DNA of 63,761 nt, filler included, from Desulfonatronovibrionaceae bacterium (GTDB lineage: Bacteria > Desulfobacterota > Desulfovibrionia > Desulfovibrionales > Desulfonatronovibrionaceae): the NCBI GenBank assembly GCA_046539845.1. It is 3 parts of 3 records of this genome, joined end to end, with 100 filler letters (N's around TTAATTAATTAA, not from the genome) between each part and the next. Parts side by side here need not be neighbours in the genome. Positions count along the whole stretch, not along the records: positions 1 to 26,105 come from JBKHGE010000032.1; positions 26,206 to 52,266 come from JBKHGE010000033.1; 1 more part is not named here. One strand, written 5' to 3'. The first letter of the stretch is position 1. Every line of letters starts with the position of its first letter. The notes below the pieces were generated by a model that worked only from the letters and a program-made list of their open reading frames with translations, ran no database searches and was not told the DNA's origin. This document shows positions 19,434 through 27,755 of the stretch, in pieces. Position numbers and translations under genes: made by a program.

Positions 19434-20829
19434 GGATATCGCGATACTCGTGGTGGACGACGAAGAGGACTTTGCCCAAGGGCTGTCCCGGATGATTTCT
19501 AGGAAATTCCCCAATCCTTGCCTTTTCTGTTCTTCCGGGGATAAGGCTTTGGGCCTCCTGGACGAAAAAGAGGTCGGGGTCCTAATCACCGACCTGCGGA
19601 TGCCGGGCATGGACGGCCTTCAACTCATGAAAAAGGCCCTGGGCAAAAAACAAGATCTGAGCGTGATAATGCTTACCGCCTACGGGACCATAGACAAGGC
19701 GGTGGAGGCCATGAAAGAGGGGGCCTACAACTTCTTGACCAAGCCGCTGGATCCGGAACAGCTGGAAATGGTCTTGAACAAGGCCTTGGAAAGGATCCAT
19801 ATCCTGAAGGAGAACACCCGGCTTAAGGAGTTGATCTCCAGACAAAAGACCCAGAGGCAGATCCTGGGAGAGAGTACTGAAATGGTCCGGCTTTTGGAAC
19901 TGATCAAGGCAGTGGCCGCCACCGGATATACAGTGCTCATCCGCGGCGAATCCGGAACAGGCAAGGAACTGGTGGCCAGGACGATTCACGATCTTAGTCA
20001 GCGCCGGGATGAGGATTTCGTATCCGTGAATTGTCCGGCCATTCCCTCGGAACTGATGGAGAGCGAACTCTTCGGACACGCCCGCGGCGCGTTCACCGGG
20101 GCAGAAAAGGCACACAAAGGCCTTTTTTTTCAGGCAGACAAAGGGACCATCCTTCTGGACGAAATCGGGGACATCCGTCCTGAAGTGCAAACCAAACTCT
20201 TGCGCGTTTTGCAGGAGCAGGAAATAAGACCGGTAGGCGGGAGCAAAAATATTGGCATTGATGTGCGCATCCTGGCCACGACCAATCAGGACCTGGAAGA
20301 GAAGATAAAAACGGCCGAATTCAGAGAGGATCTTTTTTACCGGCTCAATGTCCTGTGCATAAATGTCCCGCCCTTAAGGGAACGCAAGGAAGATATCCCG
20401 GTACTGGTGCTTAATTTCGTGCATCAGACCTGCAAGGAATTGAATATCGCACCCAAAGATGTGGAGCCTGAGGCCCAGGCCTATCTGGCGGCCAAGAACT
20501 GGCCCGGCAATGTCCGAGAGCTGCTCAATTTCACCCGCAGGCTGGTGGTCTTCTGCTCCAAAGAAAGCATTGATCTGTCTTTGGTCCGAGTGGTGGAGAA
20601 TATGGAGGAAGGGAACTCATTCAACGCCCCGCCGGAGGAAATTGCCCCGTACAAGGAACACAAGGCAGCAGTGGTCCACGACTTCACCCGGGTGTATGTG
20701 CGCAATCTTTTGCAGAAAACAAAGGGTAATATAAGCGAGGCCGCACGCATTAGCGGATTGGAACGCGTTTCTTTGCAGAAGATACTGCGCCGGATCGGAA
20801 TAGACGCAGAGGAATTCAGAAAGCAATAA
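19423..20829 (+). CDS. sigma54-dependent response regulator (NtrC-family REC-AAA+-HTH)
   Basis: VVDDE, ITDLRMPGMDG, GESGTGKE, intact GAFTGA, LLDEIGD, FREDLFYRLNV, WPGNVREL, Fis-type HTH; overlaps the kinase stop. Confidence 0.96.
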   Translation: MSSKDIAILVVDDEEDFAQGLSRMISRKFPNPCLFCSSGDKALGLLDEKEVGVLITDLRMPGMDGLQLMKKALGKKQDLSVIMLTAYGTIDKAVEAMKEGAYNFLTKPLDPEQLEMVLNKALERIHILKENTRLKELISRQKTQRQILGESTEMVRLLELIKAVAATGYTVLIRGESGTGKELVARTIHDLSQRRDEDFVSVNCPAIPSELMESELFGHARGAFTGAEKAHKGLFFQADKGTILLDEIGDIRPEVQTKLLRVLQEQEIRPVGGSKNIGIDVRILATTNQDLEEKIKTAEFREDLFYRLNVLCINVPPLRERKEDIPVLVLNFVHQTCKELNIAPKDVEPEAQAYLAAKNWPGNVRELLNFTRRLVVFCSKESIDLSLVRVVENMEEGNSFNAPPEEIAPYKEHKAAVVHDFTRVYVRNLLQKTKGNISEAARISGLERVSLQKILRRIGIDAEEFRKQ

Positions 20830-20868
20830 CTCCGCTTTGCCCGGCCCTGCGGTCTTTTTGGTCCGTGG

Positions 20869-23532
20869 TCAGGTCTTGTTTTTATCTGCAGTCAAGGCCT
20901 TTTTTTCCAGCCACTTGAGTTGGGACTCGCGATCCGGGCACTCTCCGTCGATCTGGGCGGCGGTCAGCTCACGCAGGATCCGCCCCACTTCCGGCCCGGG
21001 AGGGACGCCCGCGGCAACCACGTCCCGCCCGGAGACATACAGCTCCACATCCCGCAGGGTGGTAACAAAAGTGGAGATGTGTCTGCGGATATCCTCCTGC
21101 TGGCTCCTGGCCATTAGATAGAGCAGGGCCTCCAGGGAAAGAGGGTCGAGTATAAAGTACAGCTCACTCAGCCGGCCCTGGTTTTTGTACCAGAAATATA
21201 TCTGCTGCACTGCCTCCCGGACCTGCTGGCGCAGGGAATAGAGGCACTCAGCCTGTTTTTTGGACAAATTGAGCCGGCTCACGGTTATTCCCAGCTGCCG
21301 GTCGTTCATGGAGCTGAACAACCCGGCAAAGAAGACAATCCAGGGCCGGGGAGTTTCCTCCATATACAAGAGCCTGTACCAGTTAAGGACCTTGTCGATC
21401 TCTTCCAGCATGCGCTCCAGGGTGGGCGTAAGTTCCAGGTACGGGTTAACAATCTTCAACAGTCCGAATTCGTTCATCCGCCGTAGACAGGCGGATGGGG
21501 CCTCTTCCTCGAAAATAAGACGCAGTTCCTGGAATATCCGGTTTCCGGACAGGCGGTGGAAGGTATCCAGCTCCACTGCGTTCTTGATCAATTTTTCCGT
21601 CTGCTTACCAATTTTGAATTGGAAACGCTGCTCAAAACGGATAGCGCGGATGATCCGGGTGGGATCCTCGACAAAGCTCAAGGAATGCAAAACCCGGATG
21701 GTCTTTTCCTTTATATCTCGCTGTCCGCCGAAAAAATCGACCAACTTGCCGAAGCTGCGGCTGTTTAAATGCACCGCTAGGGAGTTTATGGTGAAATCCC
21801 TGCGGTTGAGATCCATCTTGATCGATGACAGCTCCACAGTGGGCAGGGCAGCCGGATACTCATAGTACTCCAGACGGGCGGTGGCCACATCAATGCGCTG
21901 ATCGTCGGGCAGAATGACCACCGCGGTCCTGAACTTCTTGTGTGCCCGGATGCGGCCGCCCAGTTTCCGGGCCAGCTCACGGGCAAAGACTATGCCGTCC
22001 CCCTCCACAACCAAGTCCACATCCAGATTGTTCCGGGCCAGAAGTATATCCCGAACAAATCCGCCCACACAGTATAGGGAATAGCCCATTTCTTCGGCCA
22101 GCTCCCCGGCACTGACCAACATATTGAACACCTCTTCCGGCAGGCGGTCTTTGAGCATGCTCTTTATATTCCGTTCCCGCTTTTTCTGGGGCAGGAGGCT
22201 CTCCGGCAGGCGGGCCGGCTCCCGGACCAGGATGTTCACCAGATCGGTCCTGGTAACCACTCCGGTCAGGGCCTGGTTCTCAACCACCGGGATAAGTCGT
22301 TGATGTTGACCGATAATTATCTCCATGACCTGATACAGATCCGAATCCGGACCGAGAAGATGGCAGTCCGAATGCATATACTCCCGGACCGCTATATGCC
22401 CCAGACCGTGTCCCACTGCCTTGTCCGCCAATTGGTGATCCAAAATCCCTTCCACTACACTGGATTGGCTGTTTAGCACGGGCACCGCCTTGAGCCCGTA
22501 TCTGGTCATGATCTCGGCCGCCTTGGCCAAATTCTGACTATCCCGGATATACACGGGGGGAGTGGACATGATATCTTTGACCAGGACTTGGGGGTTTATC
22601 TCTGAATAGAGCAGGGCGAACAGCTCGTTTTTTACCTCAGCCGGGGTCCTCTTTTTTATGGAGGCGGAAGCAGCATAGGAGTGCCCCCCTCCGCCCAGAG
22701 AGGAGCATATCTTGCCCACATCCACCTCTGCGGATCGGCTGCGGGCCACCATATGCACCCGGTCGTGCATACGAGCGATAGCAAAAAGGACCCGGATATT
22801 TTCTATCTCCATTAATTTGTGGGCGAGCAGAGCAAAATCACCGAAATATGTCTCCATGGATGCCTCGGCGACCACGATCTCCACTCCATTGATAGACAAT
22901 CGGGTGGAATTTTCGATCAATTCGTTGAGCACGGTAATCTGATCCGCGCTCAGATCCCGGGAAACCATGTCCGAGATAATGTTCAGATCCATTCCCTGAG
23001 TGTGCAGCCAGGCCCCGGCCTCCAGGTCTTTAGCAGTGGTGGAATTGAACGTGAAACACCCGGTATCCTCGTATATCCCCAACCCAAAGATTGTGGCCTC
23101 GTCTTCGGTTACGGCCAGGCCTTGTTCCCTGATCTTTAAGACCAGCATGGAGGTGGTCGCCCCCCAGTCCGAGATGTCCTCCAGATCCCCTTGGATATCC
23201 TCTTCTGTCTGCGGGTGGTGGTCAAAAATATGGATTTCTACGTCCTTGCGATCCAAAAGAGGAAATACGTGACTGAGCCGGGATTTCTGTCTGGTGTCCA
23301 CAACCACCAGGGTACTCACTCCCTCCAGATCGACCTCCCTGGCCATCTTGAAATTATACAAATAAAAGGCGCTTTGGATAAAGAAATTCTTGATATTCTT
23401 TTCCTGGCTGCCCGGAAAAATAAGCGCGGCCCGGGGGTACAATTTTCTTGCGGCTACCATTGCGGCCAGGGCGTCAAAGTCCGCATTCTGGTGGCAGGTA
23501 ATGACCACCGAGGCCTTGATCGGCGTATTCAT
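20869..23532 (-). CDS. DHH/DHHA1-CBS-CBS-tRNA nucleotidyltransferase (A-adding enzyme type)
   Basis: HQNADFD, DHH, GGGGH, CBS pair, VGGFVRD..DVDLVV, DVATAR, RRDFTIN, EDPTRIIRAIRF. Confidence 0.88.
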   Translation of the reverse strand: MNTPIKASVVITCHQNADFDALAAMVAARKLYPRAALIFPGSQEKNIKNFFIQSAFYLYNFKMAREVDLEGVSTLVVVDTRQKSRLSHVFPLLDRKDVEIHIFDHHPQTEEDIQGDLEDISDWGATTSMLVLKIREQGLAVTEDEATIFGLGIYEDTGCFTFNSTTAKDLEAGAWLHTQGMDLNIISDMVSRDLSADQITVLNELIENSTRLSINGVEIVVAEASMETYFGDFALLAHKLMEIENIRVLFAIARMHDRVHMVARSRSAEVDVGKICSSLGGGGHSYAASASIKKRTPAEVKNELFALLYSEINPQVLVKDIMSTPPVYIRDSQNLAKAAEIMTRYGLKAVPVLNSQSSVVEGILDHQLADKAVGHGLGHIAVREYMHSDCHLLGPDSDLYQVMEIIIGQHQRLIPVVENQALTGVVTRTDLVNILVREPARLPESLLPQKKRERNIKSMLKDRLPEEVFNMLVSAGELAEEMGYSLYCVGGFVRDILLARNNLDVDLVVEGDGIVFARELARKLGGRIRAHKKFRTAVVILPDDQRIDVATARLEYYEYPAALPTVELSSIKMDLNRRDFTINSLAVHLNSRSFGKLVDFFGGQRDIKEKTIRVLHSLSFVEDPTRIIRAIRFEQRFQFKIGKQTEKLIKNAVELDTFHRLSGNRIFQELRLIFEEEAPSACLRRMNEFGLLKIVNPYLELTPTLERMLEEIDKVLNWYRLLYMEETPRPWIVFFAGLFSSMNDRQLGITVSRLNLSKKQAECLYSLRQQVREAVQQIYFWYKNQGRLSELYFILDPLSLEALLYLMARSQQEDIRRHISTFVTTLRDVELYVSGRDVVAAGVPPGPEVGRILRELTAAQIDGECPDRESQLKWLEKKALTADKNKT

Positions 23533-24452
23533 GGGCTCTCCTGGGCCCCGAATCCGGTCCCGGCGCGGGAACGGGGGTGGTATTTGCGGTGCATATCAAT
23601 CAGCCTCTGGCTCTGGACGTGAGTGTATATTTCGGTTGCGGCGATATCCGTGTGTCCAAGGAGAATCTGTACGGTGCGTAGGTCAGCTCCGCCATCCAAA
23701 AGATGGGTGGCGAACGAGTGCCTGAGGGTATGCGGGGAAAGGTGTCTGGTGATCCCTATTTTTGCGGCGTATTTCTTGACCATCTTCCACACTCCCTGGC
23801 GGGTCAATCCCCTTCCCGAACGATTAAGAAATATCCTGTCCTCAAGTGGATTAAAAAGCGGCCGCCAGGTTTGGAGATAACGGGCCAAAACAGCGGAAGC
23901 GGTATTGTGCAAGGGCACGATTCTCTGTTTGTCCCCCTTGCCCCATACTTTAAGGATATCGGTCTGGGGATCGAAATCAAAGGGTTTGAGCGTAACCGCT
24001 TCGGATACCCGTAGTCCTGCGGCATACATAAGCTCCAACAGAGCCCGGTCCCGTTCGCCCAGCTTAGATCCAGCCGCCGGGGAATCGAGCAGGGCCTCTA
24101 CTTCCCCTTCGCTGAGCACCCGGGGCAAAGATTTGGGCAGGCGGGGATTCTCCAGCAGTTCAGCCGGATTGACAGCAATATATTTGTGTTCGCTCAGATA
24201 GTCGAAAAAAATCCGTAAAGAGGCCATATGCCGGGCCAGAGTACGGCCCTGCAAACCCTCTTTTCGCCGCAGATGTAAAAAATACAGCATCAAAGCGTCA
24301 TAATCGACCCCGGAAATATCCAGGCCTTTGTCCCCAACAAAGAGAGTAAACTTGTGTATATCCCGGGTATAGGCCTCTACAGTAAGCGGAGACAGGCCTT
24401 TGACCGCGGACAAGAACATATTAAATTCCCTGTGGATTGCTTGCATATCCAT
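23529..24452 (-). CDS. xerD: site-specific tyrosine recombinase XerD
   Basis: RDRALLELMYAAGLRVSE, GKGDKQRIVP, LTRQG, SPHTLRHSFATHLL..GADLR..LLGH..TEIYTHV; start ~24452. Confidence 0.9.
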   Translation of the reverse strand: MDMQAIHREFNMFLSAVKGLSPLTVEAYTRDIHKFTLFVGDKGLDISGVDYDALMLYFLHLRRKEGLQGRTLARHMASLRIFFDYLSEHKYIAVNPAELLENPRLPKSLPRVLSEGEVEALLDSPAAGSKLGERDRALLELMYAAGLRVSEAVTLKPFDFDPQTDILKVWGKGDKQRIVPLHNTASAVLARYLQTWRPLFNPLEDRIFLNRSGRGLTRQGVWKMVKKYAAKIGITRHLSPHTLRHSFATHLLDGGADLRTVQILLGHTDIAATEIYTHVQSQRLIDMHRKYHPRSRAGTGFGAQESP

Positions 24453-24610
24453 GGCACTGAAAAATCCCGGCTGAAAAGGGGGTGAACTCAAAGGGACAAT
24501 ATCGGCCAATGGTCGGGCCCGGCGCTGCCTGCTCCCGGACCGGACCAAAGAATCAAATACATACACCCTATGCCTTGCGCCCTCAAGGACAAATAAGTAA
24601 AGAGCAGGGC

Positions 24611-25138
24611 ATGTCCTGCTCTCGTCTGGAAGTCTTGCAAAGCGCGGAAGCAGCTGTGGGCTTGGGCTCGAACCTGGGTGACAGTACGCAGACCATTTCC
24701 ATAGCCCTGCAGGAGATATCCCGGCTTTCCGGGGTTAGCCTGGTTAGGACCTCAAGGCTGTATAAAACCGAACCGCAGGACTTTTGGAAGCAACCCTGGT
24801 TTACCAATGCCGCGGCCAAATTCCGGGTGGACAGAGACAAATGGTCCGCGTTAGATTTCTTGCGGGAGCTGTTGCGGATAGAAACCGAACAGGGTCGACG
24901 CCGGATTAAGGAAAAAGGACCACGGACCCTTGATCTAGATCTTTTGCTTTTTGGGGATGAACAGTTTTCAGGCCCGGAAATAACTCTGCCGCATCCCAGA
25001 ATGCACAAGCGGGCCTTTGTTTTGATCCCGCTTTTGGAGATCAGTCCGGAATTGGTCCTGCCCGGGGGCAAAAAACTTAAAGAATACCTTAAGGATATCG
25101 ATTACAGCCTGGAGGGGAACCAAATCTGGCAAACCTGA
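24611..25138 (+). CDS. folK: 2-amino-4-hydroxy-6-hydroxymethyldihydropteridine diphosphokinase
   Basis: GLGSNLG, YKTEP, FTNA, GPRTLDLDLL, LPHPRMHKRAFVLIPL. Confidence 0.96.
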   Translation: MSCSRLEVLQSAEAAVGLGSNLGDSTQTISIALQEISRLSGVSLVRTSRLYKTEPQDFWKQPWFTNAAAKFRVDRDKWSALDFLRELLRIETEQGRRRIKEKGPRTLDLDLLLFGDEQFSGPEITLPHPRMHKRAFVLIPLLEISPELVLPGGKKLKEYLKDIDYSLEGNQIWQT

Positions 25139-25162
25139 TGTAAAACTTTAACAGAGGGCAAG

Positions 25163-25465
25163 ATGTTTAAAATTCTTATCATCGCTGCGGCCGGATTTAT
25201 TTTGTTCAAACTGCTGACCAATGACCGCAAGAAAAAAGGCGCCCAGCGCGAGGTAAAGGAAGAAGCGGAAAAAAAGAAAGCTGCTGCCGCCGGGGAGATG
25301 GTCCGGGACCCGATTTGCGGGACATATGTACCAAACAATTGTGACATTCGGGTGCGTAAAGACGGGCAAGTCTTTCACTTTTGTAGCTTCGAATGCAGAG
25401 ATGAATTTTTGCAGGGTGTGGAATCCGGAGCCAAGCAGGAAAAAAACAGGGAGTTGGATACATGA
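25163..25465 (+). CDS. small membrane-anchored YHS/TRASH-domain protein
   Basis: N-terminal hydrophobic helix; [22 protein letters not shown]. Confidence 0.8.
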   Translation: MFKILIIAAAGFILFKLLTNDRKKKGAQREVKEEAEKKKAAAAGEMVRDPICGTYVPNNCDIRVRKDGQVFHFCSFECRDEFLQGVESGAKQEKNRELDT

Positions 25466-26105
25466 AATTCTTTATTGATACCGCCAATATACAGGAAATT
25501 GAACAGGCAATCGAGTACGGGCAAATCGACGGCGTAACCACCAATCCCAGCCTCATGGCCCGGGAGGGGGGGGACTGGAAACAGACCGCTGAAAAGATCT
25601 GTGCCCTGGTGGACGGCCCGGTCAGTCTAGAGGCAGTGTCCACCGACGCCGAGGGGATGATCAAGGAAGCCAAAGAACTAACTAAATACGGCCCTAATGT
25701 CGTGGTCAAAATCCCCATGACCATGCCAGGAATAAAAGCGGTTCGAACCCTTTCCCGGATGGGGGTTGCCACCAATGTGACCCTGGTTTTTTCCGAGTTG
25801 CAGGCACTTATGGCCGCCAAGGCCGGGGCGGATTACGTAAGCCCGTTCGTTGGCAGACTGGATGATATCGGGCACAATGGTATGGATTTGGTCTCCAGGA
25901 TTTTGTCCATATATGACAGCTACGCCTTTGAGACCGAAGTTATAGTCGCCAGCATAAGGACCATGAATCATGTCCAGGAAGCAGCCATGCTCGGGGCGGA
26001 TATAGCCACCATCCCGTATAAGGTACTAGCCAAACTCGCCAACCATCCGCTGACTGACAAGGGCTTAGAGGCCTTCTTAAAGGATTGGGAGGAGATGAAA
26101 AAATA
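25462..26105 (+). CDS. tal: transaldolase / fructose-6-phosphate aldolase family
   Basis: [42 protein letters not shown]. After 214 codons it ends in TA at the contig edge, probably a truncated stop codon. Confidence 0.93.
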
Positions 26106-26205
26106 NNNNNNNNNNNNNNNNNNNNNNNNNNNNNNNNNNNNNNNNNNNNTTAATTAATTAANNNNNNNNNNNNNNNNNNNNNNNNNNNNNNNNNNNNNNN
26201 NNNNN
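26106..26205. other. artificial contig linker
   Basis: N44-TTAATTAATTAA-N44; stops in all six frames. Confidence 0.99.
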
Positions 26206-26234
26206 AGTGAAATATTTTCATAAAAAAAAGGTCG

Positions 26235-26250
26235 TGTAAATATATTTACA
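26235..26250. promoter_or_regulatory. perfect 16-bp palindrome, putative operator or UAS
   Basis: TGTAAATATATTTACA (TGT-N10-ACA) upstream of fabF. Confidence 0.5.
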
Positions 26251-26398
26251 GCAGGTTTTGACTTTTTGGAGGTAACATGCCAATAATTCGATCTAAGTAT
26301 TCAATGTGCTGAAAAAACTGGAAACCATGCCCGGATCCTTTCCAGCCCAGAGTCCGGTTAGGCGGGAAAAATTTTGTTTAAGAACAGGGTAAGAATAA

Positions 26399-27646
26399 TT
26401 GCGCACAGAAGACAGCAGCAGAGTAGTTATTACCGGCCTGGGGGCGATCACCCCTTTGGCCCTGGGGGCGGAGGCAAGCTGGGAGCGAATGCTTAACGGG
26501 GTTTCCGGCATAACTCCGGTACAAGGTTTTGATGTCACAGGATTGCGAACCAGGATAGCCGGGCAGATAACCGGTTTTGATCCGGCGGAGTTTATGGACA
26601 GGCGGTTTGTCAGGCGTTTTGACCGCTCCATTCAGCTGGGGCTGGCCTGCGCCTTGATGGCCCTGGAGGATGCCGGGCTTAAGATCTCCGAGGGGAGAGC
26701 GGCAGGGACCGGGGTGTTTATGGGCAACGCCCTGGGCGGGCGCAACCTTTTAGAGGAAAATCTGATCCGTATGTACGAAGGCGGATCCAAAAGGGTGTCT
26801 CCATATTTTATCGCCGGGAGTCTGGCCAGTATTATCTCCGGGCAGATAGCCATTTCCATCGGGGCCAAAGGTCCCAATCTGACCGTTAACGCGGCCTGTG
26901 CCTCCGGGGCGCATGCCTTGGCCTGCGGCCTGAAAGCGATCCGCTGCAAAGAGTGCGACTGCGTTTTGGCCGGGGGGTGCGAGGCCGGTCTTACCCGGCT
27001 CACTTTCCTTGGCTATGACTCCATGAAGGTCACCTCAGCAGCCAACGCTGCCCCGGCCAAGGCCTCCAGGCCCTTTGATCGGGACCGGGACGGGTTTGTC
27101 CCCGCCGAGGGGGCGGCGGTATTGGTCCTGGAGAGCATGGCTTCGGCGCGGGAGCGCAATGCGTATATATATTCCGAACTGGCCGGGTGCGGCTCCTCGT
27201 GCGACGCCTATCATGTGACCACCCCGGACCCCGGGGCAAAGGGCCCGGAGTTGTGTATGCAAAGCGCTTTAGATCATGCCGGAATCAGTTCCCGGGAAGT
27301 GGACTGCATAAGCGCCCATGGCACAGCGACCAAACTGAACGACATAGCCGAAACCAAAGCGATCAAGGCGGTTTTCGGGTCAATGAGCCCTAAAATCCCG
27401 GTAACCGCAAGCAAATCCATGCTCGGGCATATGATCGGGGCGGCCGGTGCTGCGGAGGCGGTATTTTCCGTGCTTTCCATTCGGGACGGGGTGATCCCTC
27501 CGACCATAAACCATGAACTCCCGGATGAAGGTTGTGACCTGGATTATGTGCCCGGCCAAAAGCGAAACAGGGATGTCACTTGTGTGTTGAGCAATTCCTT
27601 TGGTTTTGGGGGCAATAATACCGCTTTGATATTCAAAAAATTGTAA
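26399..27646 (+). CDS. fabF: beta-ketoacyl-ACP synthase II
   Basis: RVVITGLG, AACASG (Cys), SRPFDRDRDGFV, SAHGTAT, KSMLGH, SNSFGFGGNN; TTG start. Confidence 0.92.
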   Translation: MRTEDSSRVVITGLGAITPLALGAEASWERMLNGVSGITPVQGFDVTGLRTRIAGQITGFDPAEFMDRRFVRRFDRSIQLGLACALMALEDAGLKISEGRAAGTGVFMGNALGGRNLLEENLIRMYEGGSKRVSPYFIAGSLASIISGQIAISIGAKGPNLTVNAACASGAHALACGLKAIRCKECDCVLAGGCEAGLTRLTFLGYDSMKVTSAANAAPAKASRPFDRDRDGFVPAEGAAVLVLESMASARERNAYIYSELAGCGSSCDAYHVTTPDPGAKGPELCMQSALDHAGISSREVDCISAHGTATKLNDIAETKAIKAVFGSMSPKIPVTASKSMLGHMIGAAGAAEAVFSVLSIRDGVIPPTINHELPDEGCDLDYVPGQKRNRDVTCVLSNSFGFGGNNTALIFKKL

Positions 27647-27755
27647 AGGAGGAGGTATGTCTTGAGAGGCAGTAGCCAACACAAGCGGTTGTTTTCCCGG
27701 AAAAGGAAAAAGTGAGTCATATTTCCGGGACCTTTATGCTTTAGGGAGGATTGTT

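Noticed and set aside
23529..24452. Phage or island integrase
   Set aside because: Typical chromosomal XerD in a housekeeping context; no att sites or cargo
26206..26223. Rex operator
   Set aside because: GTGAA-N5-TTCAT has one base too many for the GTGAA-N4-TTCAC consensus and is cut by the contig edge
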